IMG/VR virus record: IMGVR_UViG_3300032167_003270
Location: 64,001 to 128,000 of that record
Strand: one strand, 5' to 3'
Source: a virus
Lineage: Duplodnaviria; Caudoviricetes
DNA length: 64,000 nucleotides
Below are positions 39,220-49,886 of this stretch, one piece after another. A program made the translations under genes and the position numbers. How positions within the stretch are numbered: the first letter of the stretch is position 1; each line of letters starts with the position of its first letter. The notes under the pieces were generated by a model. That model saw only the letters and a program-made list of their open reading frames with translations, ran no database searches and had not been told where the DNA came from.

Positions 39220-40275
39220 TTAAATCTTTGATACAATACCTAAATGTTTCTTACGGTGCTGTACCTCATCAACCTTACCCTTATTAAAGGCTGATAAATA
39301 ATCTTCTGTTATATATCCTGTAACTCTTCTTAATCTCTTGATTTCTGAACAGCCACAAGCAGGACAATTATCATTGATTTCTCCTGTCCAACCACACTTT
39401 TGACAAATATCATTAGGTAAATTTAATCCTAAATACGGAATATCTTTATCCATAGCATATACTACTAATTCTTCTAATGCGTCAATATTATGACTAGCAG
39501 ATGAGTCTAATTCTACATAAGTAATACAACCTGCATTTGAATATCCTGTTAATTGACTTTCTAAGTCAATTTTCTCAAATGGTGTAATATCATACCATAC
39601 AGGAATATGAATTGAATTAGTAAAGAACTCTTTATCTGATACATTAGGAATAATTCCATATTTTTCCTTAAATTTATTTAATGCTGTGTGGCATAATGAT
39701 TCAGCTGGGGTATAATAAACTCCAAAATTTAAATGAATATCTTGTCCTAAAATATTATAAGTTTCTTCCTTATATTCAGCACACTTTGTATTAAATAATT
39801 CTTCAATTTGTTTAGCAAGTTCCATTCCCTCTTCTGTAGTATGGTCTTTACCAATAAGAATTTGTAAACACTCTGCTATACCAATTTGACCAATAGCAAG
39901 TGTTCCGTGTTTTAATGCCGATATAATACCTTGTTCAGGTTCATATCCAACCATAGTATTATTATAGTACATAAAAGTTGCAGATGTAGGAGATTGACTA
40001 GCAATTAAAGTAAATCTTTCAATTAAACTATCTCTACATTCTTCAATCTTTTTAGTTAATCTAGCCATAAAATCACTAATACTCTTATGTCCTAAATCAC
40101 CACGAGTTTGCATTGCAATAGTAGGAAGAATAAGTGTCGCTGGTGCAATATTTCCTCTACCATCTTTTTGATTACCTGTATATAAGTAATTTTCTGGTGC
40201 TTTATTATAACGAAGAATATATTTAACCACTTTATTAAAATTAAAGTTAGCATCATACCCGTTGTAAGTTCTACA
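39220..40275 (-). CDS. nrdD: Class III ribonucleotide reductase, exon 2
   Basis: Begins CRTYNG after the intron omega-G; GRGNIAP, TPAESL, TNSIH, CxxC/CxxC and the glycyl-radical loop RRVTGY. Confidence 0.93.
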   Translation of the reverse strand, partial: CRTYNGYDANFNFNKVVKYILRYNKAPENYLYTGNQKDGRGNIAPATLILPTIAMQTRGDLGHKSISDFMARLTKKIEECRDSLIERFTLIASQSPTSATFMYYNNTMVGYEPEQGIISALKHGTLAIGQIGIAECLQILIGKDHTTEEGMELAKQIEELFNTKCAEYKEETYNILGQDIHLNFGVYYTPAESLCHTALNKFKEKYGIIPNVSDKEFFTNSIHIPVWYDITPFEKIDLESQLTGYSNAGCITYVELDSSASHNIDALEELVVYAMDKDIPYLGLNLPNDICQKCGWTGEINDNCPACGCSEIKRLRRVTGYITEDYLSAFNKGKVDEVQHRKKHLGIVSKI

Positions 40276-41212
40276 CGTTTTTATCTAATGTTACCATTAG
40301 CACTGACTATATCTTCTACCTAAATGTTTATTCATTTAGCCTTAATTCGCACAAAAGGGGATTTCTCCATAGTCTTCCGCTTCGGATGTGTGCTTATCTC
40401 ACACCCTACATTAGTTAAAAATCTTTTTTTAATTTATTATCTTCAAAGCATTTAAAAGTTGGAACTAATTCTCTAATTTGTGGAATAAATTTTCTAGCTT
40501 CTTTTGTTCCACATCTAATTAAATATTTATTTTTATCTTTACAAATTTTAAATTGAACATCAAACAATTCTTTTATCTTATTTACTAATCTATCACATTC
40601 TTCATAAGAACAATATAAACTAATAGTACAATTATATGCGTGGATTATTCCATTTCTTTTTTTAGGGATTAAACTACCATCATCACAATATAAAATGGCT
40701 ATACAAAACTTATCTAAATTATTAACTATGGTTTTTGAATAATATTTATGGTTCATAACTCCATATAACAATTTTCTTATTTCTCTTCCATTATCGTGAT
40801 TATTGTAAACTCCCTTTTTAAAAATATATGCGTCATATCCATTATTATTTTTTTTATATACTCTATCTTCACAATTAAATAATTGTGCTTTATATCTTAA
40901 ATATTCTTCTTGATTTGATTGATGTAAAATTTCAAAAGTTCCATCTTTGCTTATATGTCCGTCACCTAACGAACAAGCTAATAATAATTTATTCATAATT
41001 TTTTAAACTCCTTTACACATTTTGTGTAATTCATCATTACCTAGTCGATACACTTCTATTTTAATAATTTAACTATTAAAATATTTAGCACGGTCTACTC
41101 ACATATATAGACTTACAAACTATATAAGGACTTAACCGTTAGCAACTATATTATTATAGTCACACCCTTTAGCAAGGTTCAAAAGATTTTAGATGAGCTG
41201 TAGTTTACACTT
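40276..41212 (-). ncRNA. Group I intron in nrdD (937 nt)
   Basis: P1 GATGGGT/GCTCATC with U.G at the 5' site; R-like TCGACTA and S-like AAGATATAGTC; ends in G. Splicing restores STMG|CRT in frame. Confidence 0.92.
40415..40996 (-). CDS. Intron-encoded LAGLIDADG homing endonuclease
   Basis: Two motifs, LLACSLGDGHI and IAILYCDDGS; AAGGAG RBS. Confidence 0.88.
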   Translation of the reverse strand: MNKLLLACSLGDGHISKDGTFEILHQSNQEEYLRYKAQLFNCEDRVYKKNNNGYDAYIFKKGVYNNHDNGREIRKLLYGVMNHKYYSKTIVNNLDKFCIAILYCDDGSLIPKKRNGIIHAYNCTISLYCSYEECDRLVNKIKELFDVQFKICKDKNKYLIRCGTKEARKFIPQIRELVPTFKCFEDNKLKKDF

Positions 41213-42583
41213 ACCCATCGTGCTCATAATTTCAACAGGAATTAAAATATTTTCATCAATAACTACTTCATTATTTTCTACTTTCATTCTATAGTTAATA
41301 GCAATTTCTTTATTCTTATTAACCCATTCGGTCAATTTTGCCATATTTTCTTTAGAAAGTTTAGATAATACTGCTTTTTTATGTGCAATATCTTTATTTG
41401 TTGCATTTACATTTACACTCCAACCACAATTACAATAGTTAGGATATAATCTCTTTGAACTACAATATAATGCCTTTCTAAATAAATCATAATTAGGTGT
41501 ACTTGGTTTACCATTTATATTCCTATGATATTGGAAAATACTACAAGGGAAAATCGGTGTTTTATGTAAAGGACCAGTACCATCTAATTCAGCATCAAGA
41601 ATTGCATTTATCATCAATCTACCCTCTGTTAAAGTACAAGTACCAAAGTTAATTGAACTAAAAGGTAATTGTTGTCCACTTCTTGATTGTAATGAGTTTA
41701 AGTTGTGAATAAGCCCCTCTGCCCCTTGTTTAGCATCTCTAATAGTTAAATCTAACGCATATTCATAAGCAGGGTCGTCTTTATAATCGTCAATAGATAA
41801 TTCATAGCAATTATCTGGAATAACAAAAACGTCTTTACAAAGATATTTATGACCATCTCTTAAATGTTTAAAGAATGAATATCGTACATAAGGTACTAAA
41901 GTCCAATCAATATGTGTTGCTGCAACACCACCAAATTGTTGTAATGACTGAATTTGGATAATAACAGCAATTAACTGACAAGCAGTTTGAATTGATTTAG
42001 GTTGTCTAATATCTGTTTGTTTTGTAATAATTCCGTGTAATAATAATGGGTCAAACGGAATCGAGAGGCAATTATGCTGACCCGATGCGTAACTATCTAA
42101 ATCGTGAGTATAAGAAATATTGTTAATATGATTTAATCTTGCTGTTTTACTCATCATATTTAAAGCCTCATCTTTAAACAATACATTTGCTGCCTCTTTC
42201 ATTCTACCAGAGAATGAACGCTCGTCACAATTTGCATTAGAATTTTCAATATTCTTACCACTTAATTTCTTTTTAAATGCTTTAATCAATTCAGAATTAT
42301 AAACGTGTTCTTTTTGTCTATCATAATGATAAGTAATATAATGCCAAGCAGTATTTTTATAAGAAGACGACATAATTTTATTTTCAACTGCTGTAGCCAA
42401 ATCGTCTGCTTGAACAATAGACACATCTGCTAATACTAAATCGTCTTCAACAGATTGTGCAATTCTTTTAACCATAAATTCTGGAATTTCTTCATTTGCT
42501 TCTTTTGCAGCAAGTCGAATAGATTCTTCGATTTTGGACTTATCAAATTCTTGTAGTTTTTTATTATACTTTTTTACTTTCAT
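41213..42583 (-). CDS. nrdD: Class III ribonucleotide reductase, exon 1 (ATP cone)
   Basis: ATP cone FDKSKI; ENSNAN.D, HDLD, HNCL, QFGG, NSLQSRSGQQLPFSSINFG and IFP; ends STMG. Confidence 0.93.
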
Positions 42584-42588
42584 ATAAA

Positions 42589-42915
42589 TTACCTCACATT
42601 TTTCAAATAAATATCAATGTTTATATCGAAATCTTTATCTTTCAATATATCTGTAATTGTATAGTCTTTATAGTCCAATAACCAATTATATACAAAAAGT
42701 AATATATTAGTTATTGGACCTTTAATTTTCCAAATTGCGTCATCATTCTCATTAAAACTATTTTCAATATAGATGCCTAAATCATTAGTGTCATCCCAAT
42801 TACTTAAATGAGTTAATAATTCAGACGCTCTTGGGTAAACATCATCTCTAAATTCTACATCAGCAAATGTAACTTTTCGATTACCTATATACCAATTTCC
42901 TTGAATATACATCAT
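42589..42915 (-). CDS. Hypothetical protein
   Basis: AGGAG RBS, downstream of a motif variant at 42934-42946. Confidence 0.55.
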   Translation of the reverse strand: MMYIQGNWYIGNRKVTFADVEFRDDVYPRASELLTHLSNWDDTNDLGIYIENSFNENDDAIWKIKGPITNILLFVYNWLLDYKDYTITDILKDKDFDINIDIYLKNVR

Positions 42916-42959
42916 AATTTTTTACTCTCCTTTTTTAATTAAATAGAGTGTAGTTACAC

Positions 42960-44534
42960 TTACAAATAATCGTCAATATTATCTATTGGCATTGATAAAT
43001 CAATTTCTTCAATAGGTTTTACATAATTATCAACAATTTCTTCTGTATAATTAGATTTTGGTGGTTGTTTATCTGTTATTAGATAATTTTCCTTTTCTCT
43101 AATTTTAAGAACCTTTGTATAAGGTATCATACGAAATACTTCTTGATTACCCCTTTTAGAAATAAGAGAATATTTACTAATAAATAATGCAGTAGGTTTT
43201 CTTCCTTTATAAGGCTTTCTCAAACTCATAATATCGTATGATTTATCAAATTTTTGAACACCTGCTAATAATTCGGCAGTTTTTTGTGTTGCCCCTGCGT
43301 GAATTATATAATTATTTATAGTACCTAAAATTGCTTGTACAAAATGTTCTCCTGCGTTCATTGAGATTTGGTTTACATCTAATATAGAAAATACAGTTTG
43401 TACTCCACCACTTCTACCTTTTTCAAGTAAATCTTTAATTAAAGTAGAAGATTCCAATGTACCAAATTCATCTACACATAATAACAATTTATTTGGATAA
43501 TGATTTCTTGTACCTCTATCCATTAAATCTGTATATACAAAAGAACTTAATGAATTTGCTAATGCTTTATTTGCACTTGTAAAACTAAAACATACTACAT
43601 ATGGATAGTCTTCTTCAAATGTAAAATCTGGGTCATCTCCAAATAATTCTTGTGCCTTTGAAGATATAATAATTTCTAATGATTTAATTAAATTATTAAA
43701 ACCATCTCTTTCATTTGATTGTGGATGATATGATTTCGCATATTCATATAATCCAACAATATAATTTTTGGTTTCATTTTGTTCAAATCTATAATTATCA
43801 TAAGCACGAACTAAATTTTGTATTGCTAATTGCATAGATGTTTTATAATGTTCATCAGCACCATCAGTTGACCATCTTCTAGTATTCATTAAAGCCTCAA
43901 CTTTACCTGTTTCATTTAAATTAACAAATGGGTCATAAGTAAAAGTACACTTTCTAGCACTAAATTCATAATATCTTATACCTGCATTTTGTGCATAAGA
44001 TTTAATGTCATCTAATATGTCTTCTTCTCCCTTATAATCAAAAAATACTACTGGTTTTCTTTCATCAATTCTTTGTTTTAGAATTGTTTTCATAGTAGTT
44101 GATTTACCAGAACCCGTAGAACCAGTTATCAAAGTCGCACCTGATAATATAACATCATCTAATTCAATTAGTTTCATATTATGTTTAATTTCTTTATGAT
44201 TTACAGGTAATATTCTTCCCATAACTAATTTTTTAGGTCGTTGTAACATATTAAATACAGCACTTATACTAAATATTCTACCAGAATAGTCAAAATCAGC
44301 ACTTTCTTCATCAATATGATTTTGATACTTAATAAATAATAGAAATGCTAATAATAATACTGAATAAACTATTGTTATCCAACCAAAGAATTTAATTACA
44401 ATAAGACTTACAAATATTTGGTCACATAACAATACAGGAATTGTTTTCTTTTTACATAAAATCAAATTTTCCAAAGTAATGACTATCAATATTGCCAATC
44501 CTATAAAAGATTGAATTAACATTGTTTTAATCAT
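42960..44534 (-). CDS. VirD4/TraD-like type IV coupling ATPase
   Basis: N-terminal TMs; LITGSTGSGKS, FFDYKG, YDPF, CVDEF and LLEKGRSGG. Confidence 0.75.
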   Translation of the reverse strand: MIKTMLIQSFIGLAILIVITLENLILCKKKTIPVLLCDQIFVSLIVIKFFGWITIVYSVLLLAFLLFIKYQNHIDEESADFDYSGRIFSISAVFNMLQRPKKLVMGRILPVNHKEIKHNMKLIELDDVILSGATLITGSTGSGKSTTMKTILKQRIDERKPVVFFDYKGEEDILDDIKSYAQNAGIRYYEFSARKCTFTYDPFVNLNETGKVEALMNTRRWSTDGADEHYKTSMQLAIQNLVRAYDNYRFEQNETKNYIVGLYEYAKSYHPQSNERDGFNNLIKSLEIIISSKAQELFGDDPDFTFEEDYPYVVCFSFTSANKALANSLSSFVYTDLMDRGTRNHYPNKLLLCVDEFGTLESSTLIKDLLEKGRSGGVQTVFSILDVNQISMNAGEHFVQAILGTINNYIIHAGATQKTAELLAGVQKFDKSYDIMSLRKPYKGRKPTALFISKYSLISKRGNQEVFRMIPYTKVLKIREKENYLITDKQPPKSNYTEEIVDNYVKPIEEIDLSMPIDNIDDYL

Positions 44535-44986
44535 TCATTTTGTACCTCATCATTCTGATTCTCATTACCTACAGGTTCATCATTTGTGTTATCACTAACA
44601 CTTTCTTCTTCATTAGAAGTTTCTTCTCCATTTGAAGTTTCTCCATTATCTTCTGGGGCATCAACAATAGGTTCTCCATTCTCACCAGTAGGGTCCCAGT
44701 AAATACCATCTTCATTAGTGATGATACTACCACCCTCAAACCAATTTGAAATAGATTCTCCTACATTTTTTGACCAAGAAAAAACAAAATGTATAATTTT
44801 TCTTTGACTAACTCCACCCAAAAGAACAAATAAAATTACTAAAATAGCAATAATTGTACCAATAGCTTTCCAAGTGTCTTCAAAATTATTTCTTGTTTGT
44901 GCCATTTCATTTCTATGTTTTACACTTTGCCACGCTTTAGGTAAAGTTACACTTGTTTTTTCTTTCTTTTTCTTTTCTTTTGCCAT
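44531..44986 (-). CDS. Single-pass membrane protein
   Basis: One TM and an acidic tail. Confidence 0.6.
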   Translation of the reverse strand: MAKEKKKKEKTSVTLPKAWQSVKHRNEMAQTRNNFEDTWKAIGTIIAILVILFVLLGGVSQRKIIHFVFSWSKNVGESISNWFEGGSIITNEDGIYWDPTGENGEPIVDAPEDNGETSNGEETSNEEESVSDNTNDEPVGNENQNDEVQNE

Positions 44987-45007
44987 TTAAAATTCCCCCT
45001 TTCTTAT

Positions 45008-45484
45008 TTAGTATTTTACAAATAAAACTTTTGCAATAATGTGGTCGTCAGTAAACTCTCCATAAAATCTTGAGTCTAGTGAATGATTTCTATTATCTCC
45101 CAAACAATAATATCCGTGCTCACTTATAGTAGCACTAAAATCTTCTGTTGGACCAAAATTATAATCATCAACAATTCTTTGACCGTCAATATATAAATTA
45201 TTTTCTTTGTATTCAATAGTTTCACCAGGTAAACCAATAACTCTCTTAATTAAACATTTTTTATCTGTATAAACAATTACCACATCAAATCTTTCTAAAT
45301 CTTCTGTGTCTTTTTTATCAGCAATTAAAACTTGTTTTCCGTTATAAGTAGGATTCATTGAATTACCTGCAACTAATACAAAGGTATATTTCAAATTAAA
45401 AATAAAAGTTACCACTAATAAAATACATAATACAATAATATACCATCTTTTATATAATGGTTTTTTGTTTGTTTTATCACTCAT
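45008..45484 (-). CDS. lepB: Signal peptidase I
   Basis: GNSMNPT, IKRVIGLPGE and GDNRNHSLDSR. Confidence 0.92.
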   Translation of the reverse strand: MSDKTNKKPLYKRWYIIVLCILLVVTFIFNLKYTFVLVAGNSMNPTYNGKQVLIADKKDTEDLERFDVVIVYTDKKCLIKRVIGLPGETIEYKENNLYIDGQRIVDDYNFGPTEDFSATISEHGYYCLGDNRNHSLDSRFYGEFTDDHIIAKVLFVKY

Positions 45485-45489
45485 ATTGT

Positions 45490-46590
45490 TTAAATTCCTT
45501 CCTTTTTAGTATTATCTACTGTTAATTTTACAATTTGTTTTGTTGCTATTTCATCTTGCTTTACATCATATATTTTTTGTGCTGGTGCTACATAAGGTAC
45601 AATAAATAATCTACAAGTACCTAAACCACCTATATTTATATATGATTTTCTTACTAAATTAGCAATTCCATTAGTAGCACATAAATAAAATAAACAACCA
45701 AAAGTTAAATTATTTCGATAATTATACATAATATCATCATATTTTTCTTTCGTTTTTGCTGTTAATTCTAATTCAATAGAACAACTTTGTGGGTTTCCAT
45801 TCACTCTAGGAATAGGAATAACTAAATCTGGTCTTTGTGTTACAATTTTATCATCCTTATTATAAGTAATAATAGGAAATAAACTATAATCTTTAAATTC
45901 TTCTGACCAAGCATTACTACTATTAATAGAACTTTTTAATTTATCTAAACTATTCTCTAATGCTGTTTTATCAAATACATTTACACCAAATTCTGTTTCT
46001 GGAATAATAATTGTTCCTTGTTCTCCTGGTGCTTTGATATGTAATGGATGATAACAAGGTAATAATTTAATCCCTGCCATTTGCATAGCCATCCATAGTT
46101 CAGATTTTGGATTACCCATCATAATATCAAACATTGCTTGTTCTTCGGCACAAGTATGATTTATAAGGTTGAAATTTATATCAACCCAACTCTTTTTTCT
46201 TTCTTCTTTTGCTTTATCTGGTTCATCTATCATTAAATCTAATAAATATTTAGTTGGTCTTATAAATACCCCTAAAGCAGTTGTTTCTGCCCATACTAAA
46301 CCAACTTTTATCCATTTGGACGCATATAGAAAACCATCTTTATTATAATCTTCAAACCATTGTTGAATTAACCATAATGGAATCCATTTATATGTAGATA
46401 AAATATATAATACCACTTCGTCTAATTTATATAAATCTACGGACTCATCTATAGTTTTTACTTCTAAATGGTCTTCATATAATGTTGTATGTGGACTTAC
46501 TTTTGGATAACGATAAAAGGTATTTTTAACTACTTCTTGGTCTTGTAGGGCTAATAAATCTAATGAACTACTATGATTTTCGTGATTCAT
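45490..46590 (-). CDS. Replication-relaxation (Replic_Relax)-like wHTH + PD-(D/E)xK protein; candidate relaxase
   Basis: NHT, RPDLVI and IELELTAKT..KY in a conjugation context. Confidence 0.5.
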   Translation of the reverse strand: MNHENHSSSLDLLALQDQEVVKNTFYRYPKVSPHTTLYEDHLEVKTIDESVDLYKLDEVVLYILSTYKWIPLWLIQQWFEDYNKDGFLYASKWIKVGLVWAETTALGVFIRPTKYLLDLMIDEPDKAKEERKKSWVDINFNLINHTCAEEQAMFDIMMGNPKSELWMAMQMAGIKLLPCYHPLHIKAPGEQGTIIIPETEFGVNVFDKTALENSLDKLKSSINSSNAWSEEFKDYSLFPIITYNKDDKIVTQRPDLVIPIPRVNGNPQSCSIELELTAKTKEKYDDIMYNYRNNLTFGCLFYLCATNGIANLVRKSYINIGGLGTCRLFIVPYVAPAQKIYDVKQDEIATKQIVKLTVDNTKKEGI

Positions 46591-47143
46591 TAACTTCTAC
46601 TCTTTCATATTTATATCTCTTACCGTCAATTACAACTTCATTACTCATTGCAAAAGCACAATAAGGAATTGCTGGTATTGAAAACCATAATAATATCCAC
46701 CAAGCAGACCTTTTATGTATCTTTGTAAATTCCCACATCATCATACACCATACAATAAGTGTTACCAAACCTAATGCAATTAACAAATATTTTGACCATA
46801 TAGCAATATTTGCAATAGTATCTGGTACGGATAAATAAATTTTACTATCCATTTCTACATTTGTTGGAATTATTACTTGTGAACTGTATTCTTGTAAAAT
46901 CCACATTTCAAATACAAAACAAGCAAATAAGTAGATTGTAGAAAATGGGTGTAATATCGCATTTATTTTTCCTAATTTCTCTTTGTTACTGATTTTCCCT
47001 AGTAAATATTTATTATAACCAGGTACTAATCCTTTCCACCATTTTATATCGTGCTTTTTAAGTAATATACATCTAGCAATTATACTGATTAAAATACACA
47101 ATATAATAAAATCCATTGACATAATTTCCATCCTTTCTAACAA
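46571..47143 (-). CDS. DUF5684-like membrane protein
   Basis: KWWKGLVPGYNKY motif and several TMs. Confidence 0.55.
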   Translation of the reverse strand: MLERMEIMSMDFIILCILISIIARCILLKKHDIKWWKGLVPGYNKYLLGKISNKEKLGKINAILHPFSTIYLFACFVFEMWILQEYSSQVIIPTNVEMDSKIYLSVPDTIANIAIWSKYLLIALGLVTLIVWCMMMWEFTKIHKRSAWWILLWFSIPAIPYCAFAMSNEVVIDGKRYKYERVEVNESRKS

Positions 47144-47183
47144 AAATTATTTTTGTTATTATTATTGTATAATTAAATAGTCC

Positions 47184-47855
47184 TTAATTTTTTACTCTTA
47201 AATTCTCTTTTCTAGTTGGTCTTGCAGCAATATGATTAAATTTTGGTTGATATGTTTCAATCATTGTCTGTTCTGCGTATGTAAGTAATTCATTAAATTC
47301 AAATTCATCTTCTATATAAGGTATAGAAAATAATTTTTTGAAAGTTAAATCGTTTAATTTATAACTACTAGCCATTTCATAGTATTTATATTCTACTTTA
47401 TGTTTCATTTTACTAATAGAAATTTTCTTTTTCCAAGCACGAGTACCATTTATATGATGCTGTGCTACTTTAAAATTTTCTCTGTGTTGATTTATTCTAT
47501 TAGAAATATTTACACTCTGTCCTACATATAGACAAGTGTTTTTATGAAATATTCCATAGATACCTGCTTTTTGTGATATTCTTTGTTGAAATTGTTTTTG
47601 ATAGGATTTATCAAAGTTTGTGAGCCTATCTAAATAAGGATATAAAAAATGTGTTTTAGTAATCTTCTTACCAAATCTATCTTTTTTATTCTTTATTAAA
47701 TACATAGGCTCTTTTAATTGTTTACATTTTAAACATTGTCTATTAACAAAATTTGTGACACCGTGTAGTTTGCAAGTATCTTTATACTTTTTCTCTCTAT
47801 GTTCATAACAAACTACATAAGTGCCACAATCTTTTCCACATATTTTACATTTCAT
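47184..47855 (-). CDS. GIY-YIG endonuclease with N-terminal Zn motifs
   Basis: GIYGI...YVGQS.NI..R..QH...EQ..I..Y.P.FN. Confidence 0.8.
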   Translation of the reverse strand: MKCKICGKDCGTYVVCYEHREKKYKDTCKLHGVTNFVNRQCLKCKQLKEPMYLIKNKKDRFGKKITKTHFLYPYLDRLTNFDKSYQKQFQQRISQKAGIYGIFHKNTCLYVGQSVNISNRINQHRENFKVAQHHINGTRAWKKKISISKMKHKVEYKYYEMASSYKLNDLTFKKLFSIPYIEDEFEFNELLTYAEQTMIETYQPKFNHIAARPTRKENLRVKN

Positions 47856-48048
47856 TTAGTTTTACCACACTATTATATACTTGAGGTAAATACTCATACA
47901 TCATTCCAAAACAATTACAAACTTGTACTCCTGTCTTATTTCTTAATATATCACAAAATGAAATAATTTCTTCAACATCGGTAGTTATACTATTGAAATT
48001 TTCATCAAATAGTTGGTTTTTCTTTGCAATTATATCCATTTTTTGCAT
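47845..48048 (-). CDS. Small hypothetical protein
   Basis: 67 aa, overlapping the next start. Confidence 0.45.
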   Translation of the reverse strand: MQKMDIIAKKNQLFDENFNSITTDVEEIISFCDILRNKTGVQVCNCFGMMYEYLPQVYNSVVKLNEM

Positions 48049-48067
48049 AATTCCCTTCTAGTAATTT

Positions 48068-48832
48068 TTATTCTGTTACATATAAATAACAAGTAGATGC
48101 TACACTACCGTCTGACCAATACCAAGTGTATGTATATGTGCCTGGACCTGTTGGTTGTCCACTTGTATATTTTAATGTCGCTGTATCATTTCCTGTACAA
48201 GAAACACCTGAATATAACTCCATTAAAACAGTTTGTGTATTCCAACTTGTATCTGCCCAACTTTTTGTTATATTATGTACTCCACTTATTGTATTTCCTT
48301 GTGGTATTTCTTGTTCAGTAGTTGTAGGAGTTTCTTCTACAATCGGTTCTTCCTTTGGTTGAGTGGGTGTTTCTGTTGTGGGTTGAGTAGGTTGAGTTGT
48401 TTCTTGTGGTGTTTGTATCGGTGTTTCTGAAATTTCTTCGGTTGTTACATCTTCTGAAATTTCTTCTGACGTTTCTTCAATAACTTCTGTTGTAATTTCT
48501 TCAACATCATTTACAATAACTTTACAAACAACTCTATTTCCCTTATTATCTTCCCAATATGCTTCATACTCACCTGGATTTAAGATATTCACATTAGATA
48601 CATTTAATGAATATCCTGAATAAGATACACCCTCAATCAGTTTATTAAACATATCTTGAGGGTCTGTATCTTCATCAATAGTAATATCGTGAACCCCGTC
48701 AATAAAAGTTTCTTCTTCTACAATAGAGGTATCTTCTACTTTTTGTTCTTCGATATTTTCTTTATTAGAACAACCGATTAGACATAAACTTAAAATACAT
48801 ATAATAAAACTTAATTTAATATATCTAATCAT
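48068..48832 (-). CDS. Lipoprotein with Ig-like domains (start revised to MIRYIK)
   Basis: LIGC lipobox; IDGVHD/ISGVHN...PG.Y domains; T/E/P-rich linker. Confidence 0.65.
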   Translation of the reverse strand: MIRYIKLSFIICILSLCLIGCSNKENIEEQKVEDTSIVEEETFIDGVHDITIDEDTDPQDMFNKLIEGVSYSGYSLNVSNVNILNPGEYEAYWEDNKGNRVVCKVIVNDVEEITTEVIEETSEEISEDVTTEEISETPIQTPQETTQPTQPTTETPTQPKEEPIVEETPTTTEQEIPQGNTISGVHNITKSWADTSWNTQTVLMELYSGVSCTGNDTATLKYTSGQPTGPGTYTYTWYWSDGSVASTCYLYVTE

Positions 48833-48848
48833 TTTAATTTCCTTTCTT

Positions 48849-49886
48849 TTAATCGGTAACAATGATATAACAAGTTGCTGCTGTAGAACCATCAGATGTA
48901 TATACCCAAGTAAATGTATATGTACCAGGTCCAGCAATTTGTTGACCCATACCATTTAATTGAACACTATCTCCTGTACAAGATACTCCACTTGTTAATT
49001 CAGCAAAAGCACTTGCTAATGTCCAACTTTGGTCAGCCCAACTCTTTGTTACATTATGAACACCTGAAATTGACCTACCTTGTTGTTGTGGTTGCTGTGT
49101 TGTAGGTTGTTGTGTTGTTGGCTGTTCGGTTGCAGGAGGGGGATTTGTGGGTTGTTGTGGGGTATTATTTCCACCATTATTACCATTATTTCCACCACCA
49201 TTATTATTATTGTTATTATTTTGTTCTTCTTGTTTTTCTTGTTCAAATTCTAATTCTTCTTGATTTTCAAAGATAGCAAGATTTAAAGTTTTAGTACCAA
49301 CATTATCATTTTCGTCTGTTGCAGTAAATACAATTTGAACAGTATCTTTAGAAAAATCAATATCAGTTGTATAATCAACTTTTATATTATCTTCATCAGA
49401 ATAATTATCTGTTATTTTCTTAATATATTTACTAGGATTGAAATTATCAGTATCTTTACCACGAACTAATAAATCCATATCTTTAATCAATTCTATTTCT
49501 GGTGCTGTTGTATCAACAACATTAACAATCAATTCTACTGAATTACTTCTCATTTTATTTTTTGAGTTGTAAGTCACTCTATAAGTATTTAATTTTGATG
49601 TATCAATATCAGAACCAATAATCTCATAAGTATATCCCTCGGTACTATTTGCAATATATTCTTCTGGATTAAAGTCTGAATTAATTTCTAATTCAATTTC
49701 TTTATCTGTCAGAATAATGGAAGGATTAGCGATATAATCATAAATATAGGCTCTGAAATAGATAGCAAGTCCCCCTAATATAACTAAACCAATAATAAGT
49801 AATATAAGGAGAATTTTTGATGTTTTACTAATATGGACTTCGCCAATCGTTATGTCAGCATCACCCGCATAATTCCACTCTATCAT
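48849..49886 (-). CDS. Membrane-anchored Ig-like (DUF5011-type) protein
   Basis: TM; VVDTTAPEI and ATD...N; C-terminal domain nearly identical in pattern to 48068-48832. Confidence 0.65.
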   Translation of the reverse strand: MIEWNYAGDADITIGEVHISKTSKILLILLIIGLVILGGLAIYFRAYIYDYIANPSIILTDKEIELEINSDFNPEEYIANSTEGYTYEIIGSDIDTSKLNTYRVTYNSKNKMRSNSVELIVNVVDTTAPEIELIKDMDLLVRGKDTDNFNPSKYIKKITDNYSDEDNIKVDYTTDIDFSKDTVQIVFTATDENDNVGTKTLNLAIFENQEELEFEQEKQEEQNNNNNNNGGGNNGNNGGNNTPQQPTNPPPATEQPTTQQPTTQQPQQQGRSISGVHNVTKSWADQSWTLASAFAELTSGVSCTGDSVQLNGMGQQIAGPGTYTFTWVYTSDGSTAATCYIIVTD

